Below, piece by piece: positions 40,624 to 50,668 of a DNA stretch of 64,000 bases; positions within the stretch are counted from its first letter, which is position 1, and every line of letters begins with the position of its first letter. The stretch is from a bacterium. GTDB taxonomy: Bacteria > Zixibacteria > MSB-5A5 > GN15 > FEB-12. Location of the stretch: assembly GCA_043811375.1 (NCBI GenBank), contig JBDRNJ010000014.1, positions 67,050-131,049 of the forward strand, read 5' to 3'. The position numbers and the translations under genes were made by a program. The notes beneath the pieces were generated by a model. That model was not told where the DNA came from and made no database searches. It saw only the letters and a program-made list of their open reading frames with translations.

Positions 40624-42741
40624 GTGGAAGATAACTGCAAAAAACAGTCGCAGACCGACGGCGATGAGCCCAAAGCCGACCGCCAGACCGATTCTGCCGG
40701 ATCATCTGAAAATGCCCGTGAAACCGATGGTGATGATCTGGAATTCATAGTCACGGAAAAGGACACCGAAGACAGGGAATTTGTTGGCGGGCAAAACCAA
40801 TTCAAGAATGATGACGACGAGCTCGGCATTGAAACGCCCGGCGCTCTCATGAACAGGGAGGCTCAACCAACCAGCCCTGATGGTGACCAGTCACGGCAGG
40901 AAGCCGACGGCGATTTCCGGCCAATTGGAGAGACAGCACCGCCTCCGCCTCCCGAACCGGCCGGTGAATCTGTGGATACAGACCGGTCGCCGATAAATAT
41001 CGGGCAGGGACAATCTCCTGCGAAAGCGGCTGAGAACTCGGTGTCGGCTGAAGACGAATCGGGAAACGACGAATCCTACCTCACAGATCGGGAGAAGGAA
41101 GAGTTCATAAAGAAAATGGGGCAGTTCAATCAAAAACCCGATGAAAAACCAGTCGTTGCAACGACAGGGCAACTCAGCAGCGAGCCACCACCCCGGGAAC
41201 AACCTAACCTTCCGGTCCCCTCGATAACCCAGCGTGGACGAGGAATCGCTTTTTTCTACAAGAATTACATCCAGATAGTAGACAGACAGGGGCTCCGCGC
41301 GGACGATGAGTTAACCATAAACAACCGGTTTTATGAACTCAAGCCAAAGCAGTTCAATACTACCGGGATTGTCGCTGCCGGGGCGGTGCTTTTCGCGCTG
41401 GTGTTGTTTTTCATCGGATCCCGTTTCGTGACAACAGGTAACCCCGGTGAAGGAGAAATCATCGGCATGATACTCGATGATACCGGGCACCCGTATATCC
41501 ACGGGGCTATTGTCAGATTTCCCGAATTGAACCAGACTACCCGTTCCACAGCCCAGGGATTCTTCAAGTCGGGGTCGCTCCCCGAGGGCAGCCACAAGGT
41601 GGAGGTTATGATAGACGGTGAAATCGTGAGCATAGACTATGCCACCGTGGCCGGCAACGAAATCACGATGCTCTCCCTCCGCCCGGAACCGACCGGAGGC
41701 GACGAAACGGTAACTCAGGAGACCTCGTATCCAACTGAAACGTTCGCGGCAGCAGATCCCGAGCCTCAGTCGGTGACGGTCAGGGAAACCAGCAGTCAGA
41801 GTTCCAGCAGCAAAGCAGACACTAAATCGACTAAGTCGTCGGGCACTAAAAGCAGCAAGAGCCAACCGGCCAGGATCACGCTGGCGGCCAATGTTGAGGG
41901 GGCTCGGTTGACCCTGGACGGGAAAGTTATGGGCGCGGGTAACCTGACTTACTCCAAAATCAAGGCCGGTCAGCACAGCTACAGCGTCACTATGGACGGT
42001 TATGAATCGGTTAGCGGCAAAATCCGGCTCGCTCCCGGTGAGAACAAGACTCTGAGCGTTGAACTGGTGCCGATGCAACAAGCAGCCAAAGCCAGTGAAT
42101 TCACTGAGGAAGATTACTATTACTCTGGTGTGACCGCTTTGAAAGATGGGAAACTTGAGACGGCCCTGGCCGACTTTTCACAGGCTATCGAAAAGCAACC
42201 CAGCTATGCTGATGCTTATGTCGCCCGGGCTGAGACATATAGCCTGCTCAGGGATAAAAACCCGGCTCATGATGACTATGTGCGCGCTGCTGAAATCTAC
42301 CAGATACGCAAGAATCTCAATGAAGCGAGAACGGCCTACAACAAGGCTCTTGAGCACAATAAGAAGTCGGTCACAGCCTACCTCGGGCGGGCCAATACTT
42401 ACCTGGACGAGAACCAGGAGAGGGCAGCGATAGCGGACTACGAGGCTGTACTCAAGTTGGAAAAACGCAACGCCGCTGCGCATTTCGGCCTCGGTGAAGC
42501 GCGCTTCCGACAGGGCAGTTACAATAAGGCCATAAAACACTTCAAGGACGCCCGATCCGCAGACCCGGAAAACCCTCTGACATACCAATATCTCATGTTG
42601 TGCTACCTGGGGATGGATGACATCAAGAGGCTCAAGAAGAATTTTGAGAAATTCACCGAGGTCGCCTCTGAAAAAGAGATGGATCGATTGCGGGAAGACT
42701 CCCGGTTTGCGGCTGCGTTCCGAATCGTCGAAGGCAATTGA
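40624..42741 (+). CDS. Single-pass membrane protein: acidic disordered N-terminus, carboxypeptidase-regulatory-like domain, PEGA domain, TPRs
   Basis: TM GIVAAGAVLFALVLFFIG, G.I.D..G.P..GA.V, NVEGARLTLDG...GY PEGA, several TPRs. Confidence 0.75.
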   Translation: MEDNCKKQSQTDGDEPKADRQTDSAGSSENARETDGDDLEFIVTEKDTEDREFVGGQNQFKNDDDELGIETPGALMNREAQPTSPDGDQSRQEADGDFRPIGETAPPPPPEPAGESVDTDRSPINIGQGQSPAKAAENSVSAEDESGNDESYLTDREKEEFIKKMGQFNQKPDEKPVVATTGQLSSEPPPREQPNLPVPSITQRGRGIAFFYKNYIQIVDRQGLRADDELTINNRFYELKPKQFNTTGIVAAGAVLFALVLFFIGSRFVTTGNPGEGEIIGMILDDTGHPYIHGAIVRFPELNQTTRSTAQGFFKSGSLPEGSHKVEVMIDGEIVSIDYATVAGNEITMLSLRPEPTGGDETVTQETSYPTETFAAADPEPQSVTVRETSSQSSSSKADTKSTKSSGTKSSKSQPARITLAANVEGARLTLDGKVMGAGNLTYSKIKAGQHSYSVTMDGYESVSGKIRLAPGENKTLSVELVPMQQAAKASEFTEEDYYYSGVTALKDGKLETALADFSQAIEKQPSYADAYVARAETYSLLRDKNPAHDDYVRAAEIYQIRKNLNEARTAYNKALEHNKKSVTAYLGRANTYLDENQERAAIADYEAVLKLEKRNAAAHFGLGEARFRQGSYNKAIKHFKDARSADPENPLTYQYLMLCYLGMDDIKRLKKNFEKFTEVASEKEMDRLREDSRFAAAFRIVEGN

Positions 42742-42774
42742 CGAGACAGTCTCAGGGTATACGCCCATCACCAG

Positions 42775-43313
42775 GTCATGGTGAGCGGAGTCGAACCATG
42801 ATTCACAGGCATTTTCTGTTACGTCAGGTTTTGCGGCGAATCTGTGTGACCTGACGGATTAGTCAGGCGGCAGGTCACACCACTGCCTGCGGCGACGCCA
42901 AGACCTGCCGAAACTGTGAAAGCCGTATCTGTAAGGCGGCAGGCGACTCTGCCTGACGCCCTCATGTGTATGCGTCTGGCTGTCGGGCAGAGTGAGGCTG
43001 TCCCAAAAGGTCCATAAGCGCCGTTCCGGACGCCAGAATGGTCATGCTGAGCGGAGTCGAAGCATGGCAGCCTTCGGCTGATTTATGGGTTCCCCGGTCC
43101 ACCACAGTCTCACATTCATTGCTTAAAACTTGTGTGGCGATGCCACTCACCCTTCGACTCCGCTCAGGGTGACGACATTCGCTGCCTTGTGAAACATTCT
43201 TGTGGGACAGCCTCGAGTCGCCCGACAGCACACATAGTGAGATCACCACGCATTAATGCAGCTTGCCGCCTTGTCCCCTCGCTATAACGTTTGTTATGTT
43301 TTTCAACAAGCCC
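42775..43313. repeat. Nested mosaic of REP-like repeats and MITE fragments
   Basis: 42775-42800, 42822-42915 doublet, 42935-42960 hairpin, interrupted hairpin 42979-43229, right end of MITE type A at 43239-43313. Confidence 0.8.
42994..43214. mobile_element. 221-bp MITE-like element (type B) with internal REP pair
   Basis: Terminal inverted repeats gaggctgtcccaaaag / cttgtgggacagcctc, target duplication gagt at 42990-42993 and 43215-43218. Confidence 0.85.
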
Positions 43314-43578
43314 TTCCGCGGGCATGACGAATACATTACCGTCAGAGTATGATAAAAACGCTTTCTCAACATGCCCTAAGTTTATTGGGGCAAGATCACA
43401 CCCAACCTACGCCACCGGCGCCGATCCGCCAAACGACAGTATCTCGATACCAGGTAGCTCCAGCTCATCCCCGCTTCGGTGCAGTTGTATAATCTGTGGT
43501 GTAATTCCTTGCCCGGTTGATTACAGCCTGCTATCTTGTTGAAAAGAAGCGAACATGAAAAAGCAAAGGAGACAGAAG

Positions 43579-45513
43579 ATGTTTCGTTCAATGCTCACTT
43601 GCCTGGTTCTGACTCTGGCCGTTGCGGTGCTGATGGCTTCCTTGGCTGTCGGTCAGGGCGGGGGAACTGCTAACTCACTTTTCGATACCGGCCGTTACGT
43701 GCCCGATATCGCTACTTTTCTGCAGATTGGCGGTTGCAGCCCGGCCGGTTACAGTTGGGACGGCCAGGATGTTTATTTTCAATCAGGTATGTCCGGTGCC
43801 TCACAGGTCTACCGCATTACAGAAGAAGGCTGGCCTTATCAGTTGACGACTTTTGAAGACGGTATTGACTTTTTTACGCTCTCGTACAATAGCAAGATGG
43901 CCATTATCGGCGCCTCGGTTGGCGGTTCGGAGCAATCGCAACTTTTTCTGATGGACACTCAGACCGGGCGGGTATTGCAGCTAACGCATGTCGATGACAT
44001 CCAGTACGGCTCGGTTACCTGGGCCCACGACGACAAGTCAATTTTCTTCCGTTCCAACGAGGAGAATGGCAGTGACTTTCATATCTACCGAATGGACGTG
44101 ACCACCGGTGATTACGGCAAGGTATTCGGTGACACAACAGCCGCCCACGGTTATATGGCCATTGCCGAAGTCGCCCAGGACGACAGTAAGATGGTCGTCT
44201 ACCATTTCTTCTCCAACGTCGCTGATGATCTGTATGTAGTTGACCTGAACACGCTGGAATACGAGAAACTCAACGATGATGAAGGTGATGTTCTTTATTA
44301 CAGCGTGACCCTGATGCCCGACAATGAAACCATCTGGCTGGTCTGCAACGGCAACGATGACGGCATTGCCCGGATAGCGAAGATGAAGGTCGGTTCACCG
44401 AAGGTCGAGTTCGTTGACGACAATTGGATCGATCCCCGCTGGGAAGTTGATGGTCTGGGAGTCTCTCGTGACTTCAAGTACATGACGGCTGTCGTCAACG
44501 AGGACGGCTACAATCGGCTTAAAATTCGCATGTTGGAAACCGGGGAGGAACTTCCCAGTCCGCCACTGGACGGTATTCTCGGTGGGGGTTACTTTGATGA
44601 AAACGGCGGCTGCCTGGTCTCTTTTACCGGTCCGACACGGGCGCCGGATGTCTGGAAATGGAATCCCCGGACCACTGAACTCAAGCAACTCACGTTTTCC
44701 ATCTATGCCGGTATTGACCGGACCATGTTTATCGAGCCGCAGTTAATTCGATACAAGAGTTTTGACGGGCTGGAGATTCCGGCCTTTCTGTATCTACCGC
44801 CCGGTTATCAGCAGGGTCAGGCGGTGCCTTTCATCGTACACGCTCACGGCGGTCCGGAGAGTCAGTTCCAGCCATATTTCCTGCGCAATGTGCAGTACCT
44901 GATTCTCAACGGATACGGAGTTCTGGCGCCCAATCCGAGGGGTTCATCCGGCTACGGTCGTGAGTACCTGAATATGGACAACTATAAGAACCGTAAGCAT
45001 TCGCTGATGGACTACAAAGCCGGTGTTGAATGGTTGCTGGAGAACGGCTACACTCGCCAGGGGATGATCGGCATCAGGGGCGGTTCTTACGGCGGTTACG
45101 TGGTGCTGGGTATGATAACCGAGTACCCGGATATGTTTTCGGCGGCCTGTGACGTGGTTGGTATTGCTAATTTCAAAACGTTTCTTGAAAACACCCGTGC
45201 TTATCGCCGGGCTTTGAGGGAATCCGAGTACGGCCCGCTGTCCGACCCGGAATTCCTGCATGAGATTTCACCTATCCATAAGGTCGACCGGATCAAGACC
45301 CCGTTGTTGGTGGTCCACGGAGAAAACGATCCACGGGTACCGGTAGGCGAAGCAAGGCAGATCATTGAGGCTATCAACGCTCAGGGTGGCGAGGTTGATT
45401 CACTCATATTCGCCGATGAGGGCCATGGCAGCGGCAAGCGCGTAAACACCATCAAGGAATATCGCAAACAGGTGGGGTTTTTCGACAAGTATCTGAAAAA
45501 GCCGGGACTGTAA
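43579..45513 (+). CDS. S9 family peptidase (acylaminoacyl-peptidase-like), exported
   Basis: HGGP, PNPRGSSGYG, GGSYGG (Ser), ENDPRV (Asp), DEGHG (His); ATG at 43579 after aggaga. Confidence 0.93.
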   Translation: MFRSMLTCLVLTLAVAVLMASLAVGQGGGTANSLFDTGRYVPDIATFLQIGGCSPAGYSWDGQDVYFQSGMSGASQVYRITEEGWPYQLTTFEDGIDFFTLSYNSKMAIIGASVGGSEQSQLFLMDTQTGRVLQLTHVDDIQYGSVTWAHDDKSIFFRSNEENGSDFHIYRMDVTTGDYGKVFGDTTAAHGYMAIAEVAQDDSKMVVYHFFSNVADDLYVVDLNTLEYEKLNDDEGDVLYYSVTLMPDNETIWLVCNGNDDGIARIAKMKVGSPKVEFVDDNWIDPRWEVDGLGVSRDFKYMTAVVNEDGYNRLKIRMLETGEELPSPPLDGILGGGYFDENGGCLVSFTGPTRAPDVWKWNPRTTELKQLTFSIYAGIDRTMFIEPQLIRYKSFDGLEIPAFLYLPPGYQQGQAVPFIVHAHGGPESQFQPYFLRNVQYLILNGYGVLAPNPRGSSGYGREYLNMDNYKNRKHSLMDYKAGVEWLLENGYTRQGMIGIRGGSYGGYVVLGMITEYPDMFSAACDVVGIANFKTFLENTRAYRRALRESEYGPLSDPEFLHEISPIHKVDRIKTPLLVVHGENDPRVPVGEARQIIEAINAQGGEVDSLIFADEGHGSGKRVNTIKEYRKQVGFFDKYLKKPGL

Positions 45514-45555
45514 GTGGGTACATTCTGTAGCATTGCAGATAATCATATAATGACG

Positions 45556-45593
45556 ACGGGCAGGACAACGAAAGTCCTGCCCGTTTCGGTTTT
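45556..45593 (+). terminator. Intrinsic terminator after the S9 peptidase gene
   Basis: acgggcaggac-aacgaaa-gtcctgcccgt followed by ttcggtttt. Confidence 0.65.
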
Positions 45594-45634
45594 GCCGCCA
45601 TCGGCGTCAGGTTGTTCGTTTTGAGGAAACCGCA

Positions 45635-46087
45635 GTGAGTCGAGCCCCCTTCCAGGTCCTGGTGCTGCCGTACCGGATTGTCTCAGGTGAGGACATCGTA
45701 TACGCGGTATTCAAAAGAAAGCCCGAGACAGGAGGCTACTGGCAGGGAATCGCTGGGGGCGGTGAGGAAGGCGAATTTCCCCTGACAACAGCCCGCCGGG
45801 AAGCAATGGAGGAAGCCGGCATCGCCACCGACAGCGAGTTTCTGAAACTCGACTCATTATCTACCGTACCGCTAGACGGCGTATGCGGCTTCTTGTGGGG
45901 ACCGGACGTGCTGGTAATCCCCGAGTACTCCTTTGGCGTCCGGGTCACCACCGACCGATTGCATCTGTCGGACGAACATACCGAGTATCGGTGGCTGGAT
46001 TACCATGCGGCACACACTCTGCTGCGCTGGGACTCCAACAAGAACGCTCTGTGGGAGTTGGATAAACGGCTTCGTGGAAACCAATAA
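45635..46087 (+). CDS. NUDIX hydrolase (NudB-like)
   Basis: WQGIAGGGEEGE....ARREAMEEAG Nudix box, EHTEYRW. Confidence 0.9.
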   Translation: MSRAPFQVLVLPYRIVSGEDIVYAVFKRKPETGGYWQGIAGGGEEGEFPLTTARREAMEEAGIATDSEFLKLDSLSTVPLDGVCGFLWGPDVLVIPEYSFGVRVTTDRLHLSDEHTEYRWLDYHAAHTLLRWDSNKNALWELDKRLRGNQ

Positions 46088-46185
46088 CCACGTAGGGCAA
46101 CTCCCGTAGGGCGGGTCCGTCTTCGAACCCGCCATCTGGGCTATCTTGTTGAAGTTCAATATCCGAGATTGCCACCCAACAACTG

Positions 46186-46225
46186 AAAAACAAAGGGCAG
46201 GACCTAATGCAGGCTCTGCCCTTTT
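46186..46225 (-). terminator. Intrinsic (possibly bidirectional) terminator after the dockerin-like fragment
   Basis: aaagggcag...ctgcccttt stem with T runs on both strands. Confidence 0.65.
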
Positions 46226-46251
46226 GAATGCAAATTAATGTCGGGACACGT

Positions 46252-46437
46252 CTACGGACAAGGCGCCGGGGCCGGGCCGCCCTGGAACAAGTAGGCAACC
46301 AGGTAGGTCAGGTCACCGACATCATTCCCACCGCTGGCATCCACGTCTGCCTCTTCTGCACAGGGTGGATCCGGGCCGCCCTGAAACAGGTAAGCTACCA
46401 GGTAAGTGTTATCAGCTACATCAATGCTGCCACGCAC
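46252..46437 (-). pseudogene. Orphan dockerin-like C-terminal domain (gene remnant or stand-alone mini-protein)
   Basis: Duplicated D..D.TYLVAYLFQGGP units ending PAPCP-stop; in-frame stop about 14 codons upstream, no RBS or signal peptide. Confidence 0.7.
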
Positions 46438-46505
46438 ATTGGTATTATCAGCAGTAAGAGGAGCAACCCCAAACCGGAATCAGTATTACCGTCCGTGCTA
46501 CCGGA

Positions 46506-47003
46506 TCAATCACTATCGCCCAGTAGCATCTCAAACTCGATTTCATCGCGAAGAGGTATACCGTGCTGACCGATTTGGGGAATGCTCAGTTTGATCCGGC
46601 GTGACTCGGCTATGGCGTTGACATGGACGGCGGCAATAGTCATTCCGCGCCGCTGGTAGAAACGGACGGCATCGAGGTTATCGTTGGTTGTAATCAGCCA
46701 CAACCGTCGACAACCACGCTCGCCGGCCACCTGCCGGACTTTTTCCATCAAGGCGGTGCCGACACCGGAAAACTTACGGAAAGCATCCAGTGTAACGACT
46801 TCGCACTGGTCTCCGATGATCTCAAATGTTGCCAGCCCGATTCTTTCTGCGGATTCATCGACAGCCAGGAAACCCTCGATTTCCGTCGGGTAGACTTTGC
46901 GGCCGCGGGTGACAATGAAATCAGCGCCCCAGCCGCGCACGACTTTTAACACCCATTCCTTATCGTCATCCGTGACGGGTCTTATTTCAAAAGCCATGGT
47001 CAT
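46506..47003 (-). CDS. GNAT family N-acetyltransferase
   Basis: GVGTALM, LITTNDNLDAVRFYQRRG. Confidence 0.9.
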   Translation of the reverse strand: MTMAFEIRPVTDDDKEWVLKVVRGWGADFIVTRGRKVYPTEIEGFLAVDESAERIGLATFEIIGDQCEVVTLDAFRKFSGVGTALMEKVRQVAGERGCRRLWLITTNDNLDAVRFYQRRGMTIAAVHVNAIAESRRIKLSIPQIGQHGIPLRDEIEFEMLLGDSD

Positions 47004-47636
47004 TCAACCATTGATGCCGTCGAGAATAAAACTCACACCAAGATACAACAGAAAGGCGGCACACAACAGAATCAGTATTCTCAAACCTTTGCCGACGATC
47101 AGGTTCCTGCCCCGCCAGAGCAGTATCGATACCACCGTGTACCAGACAAAATCAGACAGGACATGACCGAAGTAAAAGACGACCGCTCCGATGCGTCCGG
47201 CTTCGAGCGACTTAACGACCAATGCCAGGCCGGTGGTAGCCCACCAGACAAACCAAAAAGGATTGCTGAGCGTGGCCACGATTCCTTTGGCGGCCAGTCG
47301 TCGACGTGAACCGCGTTGAGGTTTTTCCCCGCTATAGGCGATACGATTTCTGATGGCGTCGCCGGCCATCATGCCGCCCATTATCAATAGAGCGATGCCG
47401 CCGACAACGGCGATTACCCGCGCCAATGTCTGGTTTTGATCGAGCGCCACAAATCCCCAGGCCAGTACGACCACGATGGCTATCTCGGCCAGGCCGTGAC
47501 CGATACAGATGATCGGGCCGGTGGTCCAGCCGTGGCGCGGTGTTTCAGCGATATCAACCGCCAGCAGCGGGCCGGGCATCATGGCTCCGGAAAAGCCGAC
47601 GCCGAATGCCAGCAGAAACAGGGAGATAAGTTCCAT
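47004..47636 (-). CDS. LysE family transporter
   Basis: GAMMPGP, GHGLAE, SNPFWFVWW, about six TM helices. Confidence 0.88.
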   Translation of the reverse strand: MELISLFLLAFGVGFSGAMMPGPLLAVDIAETPRHGWTTGPIICIGHGLAEIAIVVVLAWGFVALDQNQTLARVIAVVGGIALLIMGGMMAGDAIRNRIAYSGEKPQRGSRRRLAAKGIVATLSNPFWFVWWATTGLALVVKSLEAGRIGAVVFYFGHVLSDFVWYTVVSILLWRGRNLIVGKGLRILILLCAAFLLYLGVSFILDGING

Positions 47637-47703
47637 AACGTGACAAGATAGGGACGATTATGGCAGTGCGCCAGCAGGTTTGTCCTGCCGTGTAGTGCCG
47701 ATG

Positions 47704-48453
47704 CTACCGCTTTACTCCCACCAGCAGGTATCCCTCGCGGCCGTCTTCGTGAACCGGGTAGGCACGTTTCTCAGCGGTAAAGCCGGCCTGCTCCATCAGG
47801 TCCAGCCACTTCTGAAGCGGAAAGAGACCGGTGACGTGGCGGTCGGGTTCGATTCGAACGCGGTTACCCTCGCGAATGATGTAGAACATCAGTGTCTCGA
47901 CGGTGGTGTCGTGCGGGTTGGGATCGTACTGATAATCGATGTGCGTCAGCGTCGTCCGACCGTCGGAGCGCGTGCTGTGGTGTACGGTATGTTCTCTGTA
48001 ACTGTCGCGGAAATCATCAGGCGCCATCACCAGCAAACCGCGACGATCAAGATGCTCAGCCGCAGTGGCGAAAGTGGCCAGCAGGTCGTCTTCGCACAAC
48101 AGGTAGTTGACGGCATCATGGATGATAACGGCTTTGAATTTGCGTCCCAGCCGAATCGAGCGCATGTCGCCGACATGATGCTCCACACCGGGGTTGAGCT
48201 TGATCGAGTTGGCCAGCATCTCCGGCGACAGATCGACCGCCGTGGCCTGAAAGTCAGCCGTCAGGTGCGACAGGTTGTTGCCGCCGCCGACGCCCAGTTC
48301 CAGGATTTCGTGTCGTCCCGGACCCAGCTTTTCCTGCAGGACTTCCCGCCAGTGGCGGGCTTCCTCGGCATAGTCCCCCGGGGCACTGATCAGGGTCCAC
48401 AGATGCGCGAACTCATCGTATAGCCGGTTCTGTTTGATTTCGTCAGCATCCAT
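47704..48453 (-). CDS. Class I SAM-dependent methyltransferase
   Basis: ILELGVGGG, VDLSPEML, GDMR motifs. Confidence 0.9.
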   Translation of the reverse strand: MDADEIKQNRLYDEFAHLWTLISAPGDYAEEARHWREVLQEKLGPGRHEILELGVGGGNNLSHLTADFQATAVDLSPEMLANSIKLNPGVEHHVGDMRSIRLGRKFKAVIIHDAVNYLLCEDDLLATFATAAEHLDRRGLLVMAPDDFRDSYREHTVHHSTRSDGRTTLTHIDYQYDPNPHDTTVETLMFYIIREGNRVRIEPDRHVTGLFPLQKWLDLMEQAGFTAEKRAYPVHEDGREGYLLVGVKR

Positions 48454-48465
48454 GACTGAGCCACC

Positions 48466-48621
48466 TCACATCAACTGAGTTTCCGCGATGTTTCCTCGGC
48501 AGGTATCAAGACCAGCCCCGACCACCAACATATTGAATTGATAAGATGCTTTGAATACATATACGGACGAATACCGGTAGCGGGAGGGGATACTTTGGCT
48601 GTTAACTTTGTGGGCTTTCAT
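48466..48621 (-). pseudogene. 51-codon ORF, probable remnant of a second tonB N-terminus
   Basis: AAGGAGGT RBS then MKAHKVNSQSIPSRYRYSSVYVFKASYQFNMLVVG...; Y...K..YQ spacing matches the adjacent TonB start. Confidence 0.4.
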
Positions 48622-48676
48622 GCGGCACCTCCTTATCGGGGACGGTCACCACAGCCTGCTGATCTATTTATACGAA

Positions 48677-49402
48677 CTATCTATCCAGTATAAATTCCAC
48701 CGGGTAAGTCACCCAGCACTTCACTGGACGACCATTCTGGATGCCTGGAGAGAACCGGCACTTATGTGCGGCCTCAACAGCTGCATCGTCAAGAGAAACG
48801 GTGCCCGATGACTTGCCCACAATCGCCTTCAGGACATTACCCTCCTCATCAAGAAGAGCCTTAACCCAAACAGTGCCGGTTATGCCGGCTTGTCTGGCCA
48901 GGCGTGGAAAGTCAGGTTGGACATTGTGGATGTTCTTCGGTTGGACCTCCATCGGTATAAATTCATCCGGGGCGGGGAGATAATCTTCAGGATCGATCTC
49001 GACGGAGATGTCGCCGTCATCGACCGTGGCAGTGATATCAGGAGCGACGATTTCAGCCAGTTCGTCACGGGAGGCAATGACAACGTCATCGTCGAGAACC
49101 TCATCATCGGCTACCGGTTTGGGAATACCAACCTTGGGCGCTGCCACCTGGGGTGCCTCCACCTGTACCTGGGGCGGCTTCTTGGCGACACTTGGAGGTG
49201 GACCGAGATCGGCCACAGAAGTAATCCTGACCGACGGTATATTATCGTAGTCTTCAGCCGACAGGGACGAAATGATCCAGGCCACAGCCAGAAGCAACAG
49301 AACAAACGAGAGCGTTATAAGTGTCCCGAGACCTAAATACTTCTGATAGACGGACTTCAGTTCAAAGGCACCATAAGGTGAATAGATGGCGGAGTGTGGC
49401 AT
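48677..49402 (-). CDS. tonB: Energy transducer TonB
   Basis: YGAFELK N-terminus, TM anchor, Pro-rich linker, FPRLA...GTVWV...LDDAAVEAA...FSPG C-domain. Confidence 0.92.
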   Translation of the reverse strand: MPHSAIYSPYGAFELKSVYQKYLGLGTLITLSFVLLLLAVAWIISSLSAEDYDNIPSVRITSVADLGPPPSVAKKPPQVQVEAPQVAAPKVGIPKPVADDEVLDDDVVIASRDELAEIVAPDITATVDDGDISVEIDPEDYLPAPDEFIPMEVQPKNIHNVQPDFPRLARQAGITGTVWVKALLDEEGNVLKAIVGKSSGTVSLDDAAVEAAHKCRFSPGIQNGRPVKCWVTYPVEFILDR

Positions 49403-50058
49403 TACAGATCACCTCCCGAACCAGTTTGAGTCTGTGCCAAAGCTTCCTTGACGATCTTGTCGTCCTTTCGTTCCCAGTCGCCGATAGCATAACGATAGGA
49501 GAACTTGTCCTCTTTGGTCAGTTCATTCACTTTGACACCGAGTTCTGCAGCTTTGTGAGCATTCCACGACCTCTCGATAAGATCGATTTCATCAAGAATG
49601 TTCACCATATCAGCGTAGGTGGCGTCGTCATGAATCAGGATGAGAGTATTCAGTTTGGAATTGTTGCGGTTCTGCTGGACCAACAGACCCCGCAGAGTAT
49701 CGGCATTGAACATGTAGAGGATCGAGTCGGGTTTATTGACGTCGCCCGGCAGCATCAAAGGCAGATTTTCCGGTGTCGGCGTTTTGAGATTCCACCAGAA
49801 GCGGCTTTCCTCGTCCACTCGAATAGTGAGCAGATTGGATTCTTTGACTTCGACCGGATCTACCTGATCTGCGGGCGGCAGATTGATTTCCATGGCCTGG
49901 GGCATGGAGAATACGGTTGTCACCATGTAGAAAATCAACAGCAGGAAAGCAATATCAACCATCGGGGTCATATCAATAAGAATCGCGATTCTCCGCTTGG
50001 GTCGGCGCAATCCTTTCTGTTTCCCGCGTGGTTGTCGTTCTGCTACCTGACCACCCAT
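49402..50058 (-). CDS. exbD: ExbD/TolR family protein
   Basis: IDMTPMVDIAFLLLIFYM, YADMVNILDE. Confidence 0.9.
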   Translation of the reverse strand: MGGQVAERQPRGKQKGLRRPKRRIAILIDMTPMVDIAFLLLIFYMVTTVFSMPQAMEINLPPADQVDPVEVKESNLLTIRVDEESRFWWNLKTPTPENLPLMLPGDVNKPDSILYMFNADTLRGLLVQQNRNNSKLNTLILIHDDATYADMVNILDEIDLIERSWNAHKAAELGVKVNELTKEDKFSYRYAIGDWERKDDKIVKEALAQTQTGSGGDL

Positions 50059-50176
50059 ATCCGTCTACCTTTCGTTCCAGTTATGGTCTTCATTACTTAT
50101 ACCAATTCAACAGTCGTTTCTTCCCGAACCGGAGACCCGTTTGCCTGCCGATCCGATTATTTTTGCACCTGCCTGT

Positions 50177-50665
50177 TTAGTGACCGGTCTCCATCACCAT
50201 CGCCCGGTCCATTTCCTGGTCGGTAATGATCAGGAACCGCTCCAGGTGGTTTTCCTGCATTCCTTTCATCACGTCCTGCATAACACCGAAGCTGGCCTCA
50301 CGATCAGCCTTGATTACGATCAGCGCCCGCAGGTTCCTGGCTCGAGCCCGGAGTATCTCCGTTGCCACCGTGTAAATGTCGCAGGTACGGACGCGACGCA
50401 CCTTAGTAGTGACGTCCTGACCGTCGATATTGATGGTTGCTTTCTCCACGAAATCGACGAAGATGGAATCATGCTTGGTCACAGTGATGTGAATGACATC
50501 CTTGCTGGGCAACTCAATCATCGAATGCGATGACGGCAACTCCACCGCTTTGGCTTCCGGTGGTTTGAACTGGGTCGTGGCCATATAGAAAATCAGCAGC
50601 AGAAAGGCGATATCCACCATCGGTGTCATGTCATTTACGATTCTGACCCGGCGCTTACCTGCCAT
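50177..50665 (-). CDS. exbD: ExbD/TolR family protein
   Basis: DMTPMVDIAFLLLIFYM, IKADREASFG. Confidence 0.9.
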   Translation of the reverse strand: MAGKRRVRIVNDMTPMVDIAFLLLIFYMATTQFKPPEAKAVELPSSHSMIELPSKDVIHITVTKHDSIFVDFVEKATINIDGQDVTTKVRRVRTCDIYTVATEILRARARNLRALIVIKADREASFGVMQDVMKGMQENHLERFLIITDQEMDRAMVMETGH

Positions 50666-50668
50666 ATC

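Noticed and set aside
42962..43249. 95-aa ORF containing CRHPERSRR
   Set aside because: It is the translation of the REP/MITE sequence, a common spurious ORF
46252..46437. Dockerin fragment as a DGR template repeat (AAC/AAT codons at normally hydrophobic positions)
   Set aside because: Only two such codons, and no reverse transcriptase or matching variable repeat in the window; decay explains it equally well
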